Assembly (NCBI GenBank): GCA_963824045.1
Contig: CAWGNW010000012.1
Coordinates: 1,415 to 65,414 of the forward strand
Origin: an uncultured Gammaproteobacteria bacterium
GTDB taxonomy: Bacteria > Pseudomonadota > Gammaproteobacteria > UBA9214
Reading direction: 5' to 3'
Length of the DNA: 64,000 nt
The notes below the pieces were generated by a model that was not told the origin of the DNA, made no database searches, and worked only from the letters and a program-made list of their open reading frames with translations. The position numbers and the translations under genes were made by a program. Below are positions 51,702 through 60,439 of this stretch, piece after piece (position 1 is the first letter of the stretch; each line of letters opens with the position of its first letter).

Positions 51702-51723
51702 AATGCAAATCATTCTCATTAAC
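51702..51723. promoter_or_regulatory. Putative Fur box
   Basis: Minus-strand GTTAATGAGAATGATTTGC matches 14/19 of GATAATGATAATCATTATC, about 60 bp upstream of the porin start. Confidence 0.7.
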
Positions 51724-51918
51724 GATATCTGTCGGATGCAAAAGTGGGTGTGTCCAGGGTTCGTCCTGTGATATCAACTTGTTGTATTGGAAAATGAAAC
51801 CTGTGTCCTTGTCGGGTAATCCCATCCCCAATCAGGGAGACTGGTAACAGGCATCTTCTGCCCTTATATTCAATCCATGCGGGGATGGTCCCTGTGACAA
51901 CAAGTGACGGAGTGGGAT

Positions 51919-52311
51919 ATGACACAGGCTGCAACTGATTTCAGGATGGAACTGGCGGAAAGCGACGTCGCTCTGACGGCCGCCGCCCGCGAGAAGATGA
52001 TCGAGCTGTTCAACCAGGTTGAAGATGATGACCTCAAGGCGATACGGGTGTTCGTGTCCGGGGGTGGCTGCGGTGGTATGGGTTACGGTATGACCTTTAC
52101 CGACAGTCGCACGGAATATGACTGTGTGCGCACGGAAGACGGATTTGAAATCTACGTCGATGCCGTTGCCCTGAATTTCCTGCGGGGTGTCGAGATCGAC
52201 TACGTAGAGCGCCCTACCGGCGCCAGCTTCATATTCAACAATGCCTTTGCCATTACGGGCGGCTCGGGTACCTGCGGTGCCTGCGGTGCTGCTGGCGGAG
52301 GATGTGCCTGA
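51919..52311 (+). CDS. HesB/IscA-family Fe-S carrier (variant C-terminus)
   Basis: LTAAA..IRVFVSGGGCGGMGY..VD..FLRGVEIDYV..CGACG. Confidence 0.88.
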   Translation: MTQAATDFRMELAESDVALTAAAREKMIELFNQVEDDDLKAIRVFVSGGGCGGMGYGMTFTDSRTEYDCVRTEDGFEIYVDAVALNFLRGVEIDYVERPTGASFIFNNAFAITGGSGTCGACGAAGGGCA

Positions 52312-53575
52312 TCCGGGCAACCAGCAGGCGCGTCCGCGCCTCCTGCTGATAGCACCGCCCGGCAGTTACCGGACTGTCGCCTACCTGGAGACTGCCCGCA
52401 ACCTGGGCGTGGATGTGCTGGTTGCGTCAGAGGGCAAGCACTCCCTTGTAGGTGAGATCGCGGCCGGCCTGCATGTCGACCTGCACAGCCCGGGCGCGCT
52501 GCATCTCCTGCTGCAAGCAAACGAGGTGCGACCTTTCAGCGGCGTGGTCGCGACGGACGATGCCAGCGTCGAACTGGCCAGCAGGATCGCCCGGGCGCTC
52601 GACCTGCCGCACAATCCTCCGCATGCTGCAAAATTGTCCCGTCGCAAGGACTTGTCGAGGCAGGCGCTGCAACAGGCCGGCGTGCCGGTCCCGGCATTTC
52701 GCGTGGTTGACCTCGCTGCACCGCTCAGGGATCAGCTACAGGACATTGATTTTCCCTGTGTGATTAAACCCCTGGCCATGTCTGCCAGTCGCGGTGTCAT
52801 ACGTGCCGATAATCCGGCGGCTGTGGAAACGGCCTGTGTCCGGGTGCAGGCCCTGCTGCGGGAAACAGCGGGCAGGGATCCGTTTGCGGATTCGCACGTG
52901 CTGGCCGAACAGTTTGTCCCGGGACCGGAGGTGGCACTGGAGGGCCTGTTGCAGCAGGGGCGGCTGCAGGTGCTTGCGATCTTCGACAAGCCCGATCCAC
53001 TGGATGGGCCGTATTTCGAGGAGACTTATTACATCACCCCGTCGCGGCATTCCGGTGCCTTGCAGCGGAGCCTGGTTGACTGCGTGCAGGCGGCATGCGC
53101 CGCGCACGGCTTGCGGGAAGGCCCGGTGCATGCGGAAGCGAGACTGCCGCGCGATGGTTGCGTCATCATGGAAGTGGCTGCCAGGACCATTGGCGGGGAG
53201 TGCGCACGGCTGCTGGATTTCGGCACCGGGCATAGCCTGGAGGCGCTGGTGATCTCACATGCCATCGCCAGGCCCCTGCAGTTTGAACCGCAGGCGGGTG
53301 GGGCTGGTGTCCTGATGTTGCCGATCACCAGCGCCGGCATTCTGCGCCGCATTGAGGGCATCACGGCAGCGCGCGCAGTGCCCTGGATTGAGGATATCCT
53401 GATCAGCCGGCGCGATGGCTATGAACTGGTGCCGCTGCCGGAAGGCAACAGCTACCTGGGTTTCATGTTTGCCCGCGCGCCGACCGCTGCGCAGGCGGAA
53501 TCCGCGCTGCGTACGGCGCATGCCAGTCTGAAGGTTGTGACGGCGCCGCTGCTGCGGATTGAGGACCGGCGCTGA
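52304..53575 (+). CDS. ATP-grasp ligase (L-amino-acid-ligase-like)
   Basis: FPCVIKP..SASRGVIRAD, EQFVPGPEVALEG, GPVHAE, MEVAARTIGG; start codon uncertain. Confidence 0.85.
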   Translation: MPDPGNQQARPRLLLIAPPGSYRTVAYLETARNLGVDVLVASEGKHSLVGEIAAGLHVDLHSPGALHLLLQANEVRPFSGVVATDDASVELASRIARALDLPHNPPHAAKLSRRKDLSRQALQQAGVPVPAFRVVDLAAPLRDQLQDIDFPCVIKPLAMSASRGVIRADNPAAVETACVRVQALLRETAGRDPFADSHVLAEQFVPGPEVALEGLLQQGRLQVLAIFDKPDPLDGPYFEETYYITPSRHSGALQRSLVDCVQAACAAHGLREGPVHAEARLPRDGCVIMEVAARTIGGECARLLDFGTGHSLEALVISHAIARPLQFEPQAGGAGVLMLPITSAGILRRIEGITAARAVPWIEDILISRRDGYELVPLPEGNSYLGFMFARAPTAAQAESALRTAHASLKVVTAPLLRIEDRR

Positions 53576-53855
53576 GAAGCTAGCTAAAAGTGAAAAGTGA
53601 GAAGTGAAAAGTCAAAAGTAAAAAAGTGAAGGGTCAGGGGTTGACAGGGCAGTGGAATCGGCCAGTATCCTGATCACTTCTCTCTCTCCTCTCACTTCTC
53701 ACTTCTCACTTCTCACTTCTCACTTCTCACTTCTCACTTCTCACTTCTCACTTCTCACTTCTCACTTCTCACTTCTCACTTCTCACTTCTCACTTCTCAC
53801 TTCTCACTTCTCACTTCTCACTTCTCACTTCTCACTTCTCACTTCTCACTTCTTC
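53573..53855. repeat. Heptamer inverted-repeat element with 23 perfect TCACTTC units
   Basis: Same core as 37184-37490; array at 53692-53852. Confidence 0.95.
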
Positions 53856-54130
53856 GCCCCAGGCGGCTGGAATCCGGCGGGTACGGAACCAAAGTCCCCC
53901 TCGCCGAACAGGAAGCCGATCATATGTTTTTCAATGACCTCGACACTGTCCTTGTCGGCTGTGTTGAGGCCGTTTTCATTGATGATCATGGTGAGCCGCT
54001 CTACCCACTGTTTCCAGCCTTCCGCGGAAACATTCTCATAGATTCGCTGTCCGAGGGCCCCGGGATGGGGCGGAGCGTCCAGCCCCTCGGCTTCACGCTT
54101 GAGTACGACACAATTCACAATATGGCTCAT
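53846..54130 (-). CDS. yggX: Fe(II) trafficking / oxidative damage protection protein
   Basis: [37 protein letters not shown]. Confidence 0.92.
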   Translation of the reverse strand: MSHIVNCVVLKREAEGLDAPPHPGALGQRIYENVSAEGWKQWVERLTMIINENGLNTADKDSVEVIEKHMIGFLFGEGDFGSVPAGFQPPGAKK

Positions 54131-54210
54131 GCAGGCTTGCTCCGTTTCAGTTTCCGATATGCCGGTTATTGTAACCCGATTTGTACTTGTGAGCCCCTTT
54201 TCCCGGACGA

Positions 54211-54633
54211 TCAGAAAGGTTTGACCACGGCCAGCATTACGATTGCGATCAGCAGCAGTGAAGGGACTTCATTGACCCAGCGATAGAACACATGGCTGTG
54301 GCTGGCGGTTCCGGCACGGAAGTCGCGCACCAGTTTCCCGCAGTAGAGATGATAGGCAATGAGGCCTGCCACCAGCAGCAGCTTGGTGATCAGCCAGCCC
54401 GTCTCGTGGTAGGCCGTCCAGGCATAGGCGGCCAGCATCCAGGTGCCGAATATCGCCGTCAGCACGGCGCCGATGGTCATGATGATATACAACTTGCGTT
54501 CCATCACCAGAAAGCGGGCGTGGCTGATTTCATCGCGGGTGTCTGCGTGGTAGACGAACAGGCGCGGCAGATAGAAAAGTCCGGCGAACCAGGTGACCAG
54601 AAAGATGATATGCAGTGCCTTGATCCAGAGCAT
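54211..54633 (-). CDS. hemJ: Protoporphyrinogen oxidase HemJ
   Basis: [37 protein letters not shown]. Confidence 0.9.
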   Translation of the reverse strand: MLWIKALHIIFLVTWFAGLFYLPRLFVYHADTRDEISHARFLVMERKLYIIMTIGAVLTAIFGTWMLAAYAWTAYHETGWLITKLLLVAGLIAYHLYCGKLVRDFRAGTASHSHVFYRWVNEVPSLLLIAIVMLAVVKPF

Positions 54634-54659
54634 GAGTCGTTGCGGCCGTAGGTGTTTTT

Positions 54660-55202
54660 TCAGGGGTCAGGTAAGGCAGGTTCCGTCATCGAGCCCTCTT
54701 GCAGCGCAATCATAGCAAGAATTTCCCGGCGCAGCCCTGTCATGTCCAGCCTTCCGAGCGTGCGCTGGACGACCCGGCCGTCGGGCGCGATGAGAAAGGA
54801 AGTCGGCGTCAGCCTGACATCGCCAAAGGCACGCGCGGCATCGGCATGGATATCGAGCGTGACGGGGTATGCCATGCCGCGCGATTTGCGCATTGCCAGT
54901 ACCTGGTCCGGGGGGTCGTCGGCCATGGCGATACCGATGATCTCCAGTCCCCGGGGTGCCAGTTCCCGGTAGAGCTCGATCAGGTGGGGGATTTCCCGCA
55001 CACAACCCGGGCAGGTGGTGGACCAGAAGGTTACCAGCAAGGGTCTGCCCCGGAAGGCAGGCAGTCGCAGTTCCTCGCCGGTGACAGACATCAGGGTGAT
55101 ATCCGGTACGCGTGCAAGCTGGTGCGGCACGAAATGGTAGTATCCGGCAGCGGCAATGGCCAGCAGCACGAGCAAAGAGAAGGTCAGGATGCGGGTACGC
55201 AT
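54660..55202 (-). CDS. TlpA/ResA-like thiol-disulfide oxidoreductase
   Basis: TM anchor, FWSTTCPGCVREIP, TPTSFLI. Confidence 0.88.
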   Translation of the reverse strand: MRTRILTFSLLVLLAIAAAGYYHFVPHQLARVPDITLMSVTGEELRLPAFRGRPLLVTFWSTTCPGCVREIPHLIELYRELAPRGLEIIGIAMADDPPDQVLAMRKSRGMAYPVTLDIHADAARAFGDVRLTPTSFLIAPDGRVVQRTLGRLDMTGLRREILAMIALQEGSMTEPALPDP

Positions 55203-55203
55203 G

Positions 55204-55836
55204 CTATTCCTGTGGCGGGTCACCGGACGCGGGTCCGGCTTTGCCTGTGCCGAATGACCTGCCGATAAATCCGAAGGCACGCCGGATGCCGCGCCACAGC
55301 TTCGGCAACAGCCAGATCATCAACAGGATGAACATGACCAGCAGCACGATGAACAACACCGGGTGGTAAAGCGCCGTCCAGAGGCCGGCAATGACCGCGA
55401 CATCCTCGCCCACGGAGGCCAACCAGTTGCTGACCGGTTCCGGCGAGGTATTGATCAGGATCCGGGTTCCGGCCTTGGTCGCATGGCTGCCCGCCGCGAG
55501 CGTGCCGCCGGCTATCGCGGCGGCCAGGTGTGCCGCCGCACCGACATCACCGACAGCGCCGGCAGCAAGCACAGCACCGGCCGGAATCCGGATAAATGTC
55601 GACAGTCCGTCCCAGCCCGTATCGATACCCGGTACCTTGTCCGCAAAGAACTCGATGCAGTACATAACGCCTGCAGACAGCATGACCAGTGGATGGGTGA
55701 GGATCTGCAGATCGGGCGGCAGGTCCAGGTTGCCGGATGTTCCCAGGTAACCCAGCATCAGGATTGCGGCATACAGGTTAATGCCGCTGGCCCAGGCAGC
55801 GCCGAGTGTGAGGGCAATGGTTTGGGTGATATCCAT
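55204..55836 (-). CDS. DUF4126-like membrane protein
   Basis: ASGINLYA, EFFADKVPG.D..WD, NTSPEP.SN..S..ED. Confidence 0.82.
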   Translation of the reverse strand: MDITQTIALTLGAAWASGINLYAAILMLGYLGTSGNLDLPPDLQILTHPLVMLSAGVMYCIEFFADKVPGIDTGWDGLSTFIRIPAGAVLAAGAVGDVGAAAHLAAAIAGGTLAAGSHATKAGTRILINTSPEPVSNWLASVGEDVAVIAGLWTALYHPVLFIVLLVMFILLMIWLLPKLWRGIRRAFGFIGRSFGTGKAGPASGDPPQE

Positions 55837-56236
55837 GGCAATTTTAGGGAAGGTCCGTTGCTGCGATGCGTGGATTCTAGCAATTCGGGTGACGCAGTAC
55901 TCTTGATGTAGCGTGCGTATTCATGGCAGGCATCGAGGAATGTCCTGTAACAATTTGATATTTCTATGCTACTTGCCTGATGCTTTGTCCGGCTTGCGCA
56001 TGTTTACATCAATTGCCTGCCAAGGTCTAATAACGCCACTGGTTTTTTACAAACTGTCGAGGGGTGACCAGGCGAGATCATAACGGTTTTGTAACGGCGC
56101 ACTATCCCGTATAGATAATATGCCAATGATGTCTGGCCACACCATGATGCCTCGCCGACAGCAACCAGAGATATTCGCGTCAGTTGCTGAAGTCAATGTT
56201 TTGTTTTAACAGGCAGTAACCCACAGGAGTGAAGAC

Positions 56237-56602
56237 ATGAAAAAGATATTGGTAATGGCCGCGGCGGCGGCCGGGATGGTACTGGCTGGATGCAGTGACA
56301 AGGAGCAGCCTGATGCCGGCGCAATGGTTGAGGAAATCACTATCGAAGAACCGGCCGGTGACGATTCCGGCTCAGCCGTTGATGCTGCCATGGATGCTGC
56401 CGATGAGGCCGCCACGGCGGCCGCTGAATCAGAAGCTGCTGCCGAGGTGGCCGAGATGGCTGATGATACCGCCGAAATGGCGGATGATGCCGCCGAGCAG
56501 GCGGCAGCGGTGGCACAGGATGCTGCTGATGCGGCGGTTGAAGCTGCGGAGGATGCAGCCGGGAAAGCCCCGGATGCTGCCGGTGATGCCATGGGCCAGT
56601 AG
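56237..56602 (+). CDS. Acidic Ala/Asp/Glu-rich lipoprotein
   Basis: AGGAG RBS, LAGC lipobox, low-complexity body, downstream terminator. Confidence 0.8.
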   Translation: MKKILVMAAAAAGMVLAGCSDKEQPDAGAMVEEITIEEPAGDDSGSAVDAAMDAADEAATAAAESEAAAEVAEMADDTAEMADDAAEQAAAVAQDAADAAVEAAEDAAGKAPDAAGDAMGQ

Positions 56603-56624
56603 CCGTCCGGAAAACTGCTAAAGC

Positions 56625-56651
56625 AAAGGCCGGGTTATGCCCGGCCTTTTT
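56625..56651 (+). terminator. Intrinsic terminator
   Basis: GGCCGGG-TTATG-CCCGGCC followed by TTTTT. Confidence 0.85.
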
Positions 56652-56671
56652 CCATTCAGGATGCTGAACCT

Positions 56672-57049
56672 ATGCTGAGAAGTACCTTCCTGGTATTCAT
56701 CGCCGGATGGATCGTCTGGTTCTGGATAGACAAGCCGGATACACGCCAATTTCGCATGCCCGAAACCGGCGACAGCATGCTGGGTAATTTCCAGACAGCC
56801 TTCGATATGCTGAAAGCCGGTTATGTCGACATGTCGTTCGTTTACCTCTGGGGCGCGCATTACCTTGTGCTTTCACTGCTGGGCGGCGCCTTGCTGGCCG
56901 TCGTCTACGGCGCCATTGCCGATTACCTCGGCAGACGGCGAATGCGCAGTCACTTCCTGCCGCCCGTCCGGCAACATCCCGGGGCGGCTGCCAGCGTCCA
57001 GTCGGACCGGGCTGACAGGACGTCTGAGCAGGACCGCCCTGGCGAGTAA
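56672..57049 (+). CDS. Hypothetical membrane protein
   Basis: Two hydrophobic segments; coding-like composition. Confidence 0.65.
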   Translation: MLRSTFLVFIAGWIVWFWIDKPDTRQFRMPETGDSMLGNFQTAFDMLKAGYVDMSFVYLWGAHYLVLSLLGGALLAVVYGAIADYLGRRRMRSHFLPPVRQHPGAAASVQSDRADRTSEQDRPGE

Positions 57050-57492
57050 TCAGGGCCTGTTCAATCCAGCCGGTGTGCGTCAGTATCATGCTGGCGTTGA
57101 CTGCCGCCAGCCTTGCAGCGTGGGTCCCTGTTTAATGGTTGCGCAGCATCCAGGCGGTGCCCACGCCGCCGCTTCGGCAGAACCGGGTATTCCGCCAATT
57201 TCGAAAGTACACATAATGCCCGCCGCTGGTCCATGTGCACAACTGGTCGTGCAGTTCCTGTGAGCAGCATGCGGTGTATTCGGAACCCGGTTTTATGCAC
57301 TTTCCTTTGTGATGCGTACGCCGCATTCCGGCAATGCCTGCGCGGGTGATGGCTTCGCCATTTCAGGCGGCGTGTCGACTTGCAGCGTTTCCAGTATTAT
57401 TCCCCTTGCCGAATGATCCCGGGGATATCTGCCAGGCCTGTCCGCCGGGGATGCCGGTGTGGTGACGCTTCCGGCCGGTTGGGGGGTGCAGA

Positions 57493-57693
57493 GTGATCAA
57501 GACCCGGTTGCCAGAAGACGATCATAAACGCCTGGAAGTCATTATCAGGCGCATGCAGAAAATCCAGCGCGCCATCAAGGCATCGCGCCAGCCGGCCTCC
57601 ATGCTGGAGCTGGACGAGCTGAAATCGCTGGGCAATGAATACGCCAGGACGGTGGCACGACTTGCGGCTCTTGCACAGTCTCCGCCGGCCTGA
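57493..57693 (+). CDS. Small hypothetical helical protein
   Basis: Amphipathic 66-aa ORF ending 23 bp before the next gene. Confidence 0.5.
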   Translation: MIKTRLPEDDHKRLEVIIRRMQKIQRAIKASRQPASMLELDELKSLGNEYARTVARLAALAQSPPA

Positions 57694-57716
57694 AACACAC
57701 TCAAGCGAGAGAAGAT

Positions 57717-59186
57717 ATGACAGAAGATTCGGGGATATTTGTCGGCAGGGGAACCGGCCCGGTGTACCTGGAGCCGCGTCTTGCCAATCGTCATGGTCTG
57801 ATTGCGGGAGCCACCGGTACCGGCAAGACGGTTTCGCTGCAGATACTGGCCGAAGCCTTCTCACGACGCGGCGTGCCGGTATTCATGGCCGACGTGAAGG
57901 GAGACCTCTCCGGTATCAGTCAGCCCGGGAAGAAACACCCCGGGCTGCAGGAGCGTGCAGCACAGATCGGCCTGGATGATTATGCATTGGAGGGATTCCC
58001 GGTGGTGTATTGGGACCTGTTTGGCGAGCAGGGGCATCGGGTGCGTGCCACGGTGTCGGAGATGGGGCCGCTGCTGCTGGCACGCCTGCTGGGCCTGAAC
58101 GAAACCCAGGAGGGCGTGTTGTATGCCGTGTTCAAGATGGCCGACGATCAGGGCTTGCTGCTGCTCGACCTCAAGGACCTGCGGGCACTGCTGGCTTTTG
58201 CCGGCGAGAATGCACGGGAACTGACGCTGGAGTACGGCAACATCGCGAGCGCTTCGGTGGGTGCGATCCAGCGGCGTCTGCTGGTGCTGGAGCAGGAAGG
58301 AGCCGGAGAGTTTCTCGGCGAGCCGGCGCTGGACCTGTTCGATTTCATGCGCAACGGTGCAAATGGCTACGGCAACATCAATATCCTCGCGGCTGACAAA
58401 CTCATGCAGCACCCGAAACTGTACGCTACTTTTCTGTTGTGGCTGCTTTCCGAACTGTTCGAGGAATTACCCGAGGTCGGCGATCCCGCGCAGCCGCGGC
58501 TGGTGTTCTTTTTCGACGAGGCGCACCTCCTGTTTGACGATGCGCCAAAGGTGCTTGTCGACAAGGTGGAGCAGGTCGTACGTCTGATACGCTCCAAGGG
58601 CGTGGGTGTGTATTTCGTCACCCAGAACCCGCTGGATATCCCGGATGCCATCCTCGGGCAGCTCGGGAACCGCATTCAGCACGCCTTGCGTGCCTTCACG
58701 CCACGGGACCAGAAGGCCGTGAGGGCCGCCGCCGAAACCTTCCGTGCCAACCCCGCTTTTGACGCGGCCAGGGCCATCATGGAACTGGGCGTGGGCGAGG
58801 CGCTGGTTTCCATGCTTGGCGGCAAGGGCACCCCCGGTATCGTGGAGCGTACCCTGATTCGCCCACCCGCCTCGCGGCTGGGACCGGCAACCGCGGCGGA
58901 GCGCCAGGCAGTCATTCAGCAGAGCCTCCTGGGCAGCCGTTACGATCAGGCCATTGACCGCAAGTCTGCCTATGAAACACTGAAAGAGCGTGCGGACAAG
59001 GCGGTTGCCGGGGATGCGAAACAGAAGGGGACAACCGCGCGCGAAAAAACCCGGTCCGCTGGCAGTCGGAGCAGCAACCGGCAGGGTGTGATGGAGGCCA
59101 TGATCAAGAGTGTCGTGCGCTCGATCGGCAGTTCGCTGGGTCGGCAGATATCCCGCGGCATCCTGGGGTCCATTCTCAAGGGTTAG
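57717..59186 (+). CDS. DUF853/YjgR HerA-like ATPase
   Basis: [44 protein letters not shown]. Confidence 0.92.
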   Translation: MTEDSGIFVGRGTGPVYLEPRLANRHGLIAGATGTGKTVSLQILAEAFSRRGVPVFMADVKGDLSGISQPGKKHPGLQERAAQIGLDDYALEGFPVVYWDLFGEQGHRVRATVSEMGPLLLARLLGLNETQEGVLYAVFKMADDQGLLLLDLKDLRALLAFAGENARELTLEYGNIASASVGAIQRRLLVLEQEGAGEFLGEPALDLFDFMRNGANGYGNINILAADKLMQHPKLYATFLLWLLSELFEELPEVGDPAQPRLVFFFDEAHLLFDDAPKVLVDKVEQVVRLIRSKGVGVYFVTQNPLDIPDAILGQLGNRIQHALRAFTPRDQKAVRAAAETFRANPAFDAARAIMELGVGEALVSMLGGKGTPGIVERTLIRPPASRLGPATAAERQAVIQQSLLGSRYDQAIDRKSAYETLKERADKAVAGDAKQKGTTAREKTRSAGSRSSNRQGVMEAMIKSVVRSIGSSLGRQISRGILGSILKG

Positions 59187-59207
59187 CATGCGCAGACCCC
59201 GGCGCCT

Positions 59208-59672
59208 GTGTCGGTACGCTTCCTGAACCGTCATCTGCTACTGATCAGCCGCCGGGTACTGCCGCTTCTGGTCGTACTGGGGCTGCTTGTCTGGCACTAT
59301 TTCGATCCCGGTGCTCCTGTTGATACCGGTGGTACCGGGCGCGGCAGCGGCGAGGTCGAATCTGCCTTCACTGCGCGACGCTCGGGGCAGTGGGTGGAGA
59401 CAAACGGCCGGGTGACGCGTCTGCTGACGGATGACGACGAGGGTTCGCGTCATCAGCGTTTCATCCTGGAACTGGACAGCGGGCACACGCTGCTGGTATC
59501 ACACAACATCGATCTGGCGCGTCGCCTGCCACTGGTGCGAAACGACCGGGTGGTGCTGCGGGGCCGCTACGAGTGGAATGTGCGCGGCGGTGTCGTGCAC
59601 TGGACGCACCACGATCCTGATGGCCGTCTGCAGGGCGGCTGGATACTGCACGAGGGTGTTCGCTATCACTAG
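59208..59672 (+). CDS. DUF3465-like protein
   Basis: DD.EGSRHQRFIL..HNIDLA..GGVVHWTH.DP. Confidence 0.8.
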   Translation: MSVRFLNRHLLLISRRVLPLLVVLGLLVWHYFDPGAPVDTGGTGRGSGEVESAFTARRSGQWVETNGRVTRLLTDDDEGSRHQRFILELDSGHTLLVSHNIDLARRLPLVRNDRVVLRGRYEWNVRGGVVHWTHHDPDGRLQGGWILHEGVRYH

Positions 59673-59862
59673 CCGGGACTCGCGCGGCATACTGCTGTGG
59701 GGGGGCTGCCCGGGGACGCCTGCCCGGGTACCGGCATGTTCCTGCAACGATGTGGCGGCATTGTTGCTACAATGCAGGCGGGTTCCGGGCAGGTCGAGTG
59801 CGTTGCGGATGCCCGTGACCAGATGAATGCGCTGCGAAACATTCCCCGGAGAGGTGGCCTGG

Positions 59863-60417
59863 ATGGATAAAAAGCTAGAAGATCTGTACGAACAGATCCT
59901 GGAGAGCATGGGCGAGGACCCGAAGCGGGACGGCCTGAAGAAGACGCCGGAGCGTGCCGCCAGGGCAATGGAGTATCTTACGCGCGGTTACCACCAGACG
60001 ATCGATGAAGTCGTAAATGATGCCGTTTTCGAATCTGACAACGAAGAGATGATTCTGGTCAAGGACATCGAACTGTATTCACTTTGCGAACATCACCTGC
60101 TGCCGTTCATTGGCAAGTGTCATGTGGCTTATATCCCGACCGGCATGGTGATCGGGCTGTCAAAAATCGCACGCATCGTAGACATGTTTGCGCGCCGCCT
60201 GCAGATCCAGGAAAACCTTACCAAGCAAATTGCCGACACCCTGATGACTGTGATTGCACCGGCAGGGGTCGGGGTGATTATCGAGGCCAGGCACCTGTGC
60301 ATGATGATGCGCGGGGTGGAGAAGCAGAACTCCATGATGACTACGTCGATGATGCTGGGTACGTTCCGCACCCATGACCGCACACGCTCGGAATTCCTCA
60401 GGCTCGTGAAATCCTGA
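59863..60417 (+). CDS. folE: GTP cyclohydrolase I
   Basis: [31 protein letters not shown]. Confidence 0.97.
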   Translation: MDKKLEDLYEQILESMGEDPKRDGLKKTPERAARAMEYLTRGYHQTIDEVVNDAVFESDNEEMILVKDIELYSLCEHHLLPFIGKCHVAYIPTGMVIGLSKIARIVDMFARRLQIQENLTKQIADTLMTVIAPAGVGVIIEARHLCMMMRGVEKQNSMMTTSMMLGTFRTHDRTRSEFLRLVKS

Positions 60418-60439
60418 TTACCGGCCTGCGGCCTGAAAA

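Noticed and set aside
57717-59186. HerA-type anti-phage defence system
   Set aside because: It matches the widespread DUF853/YjgR type, with no adjacent nuclease or Sir2 partner.
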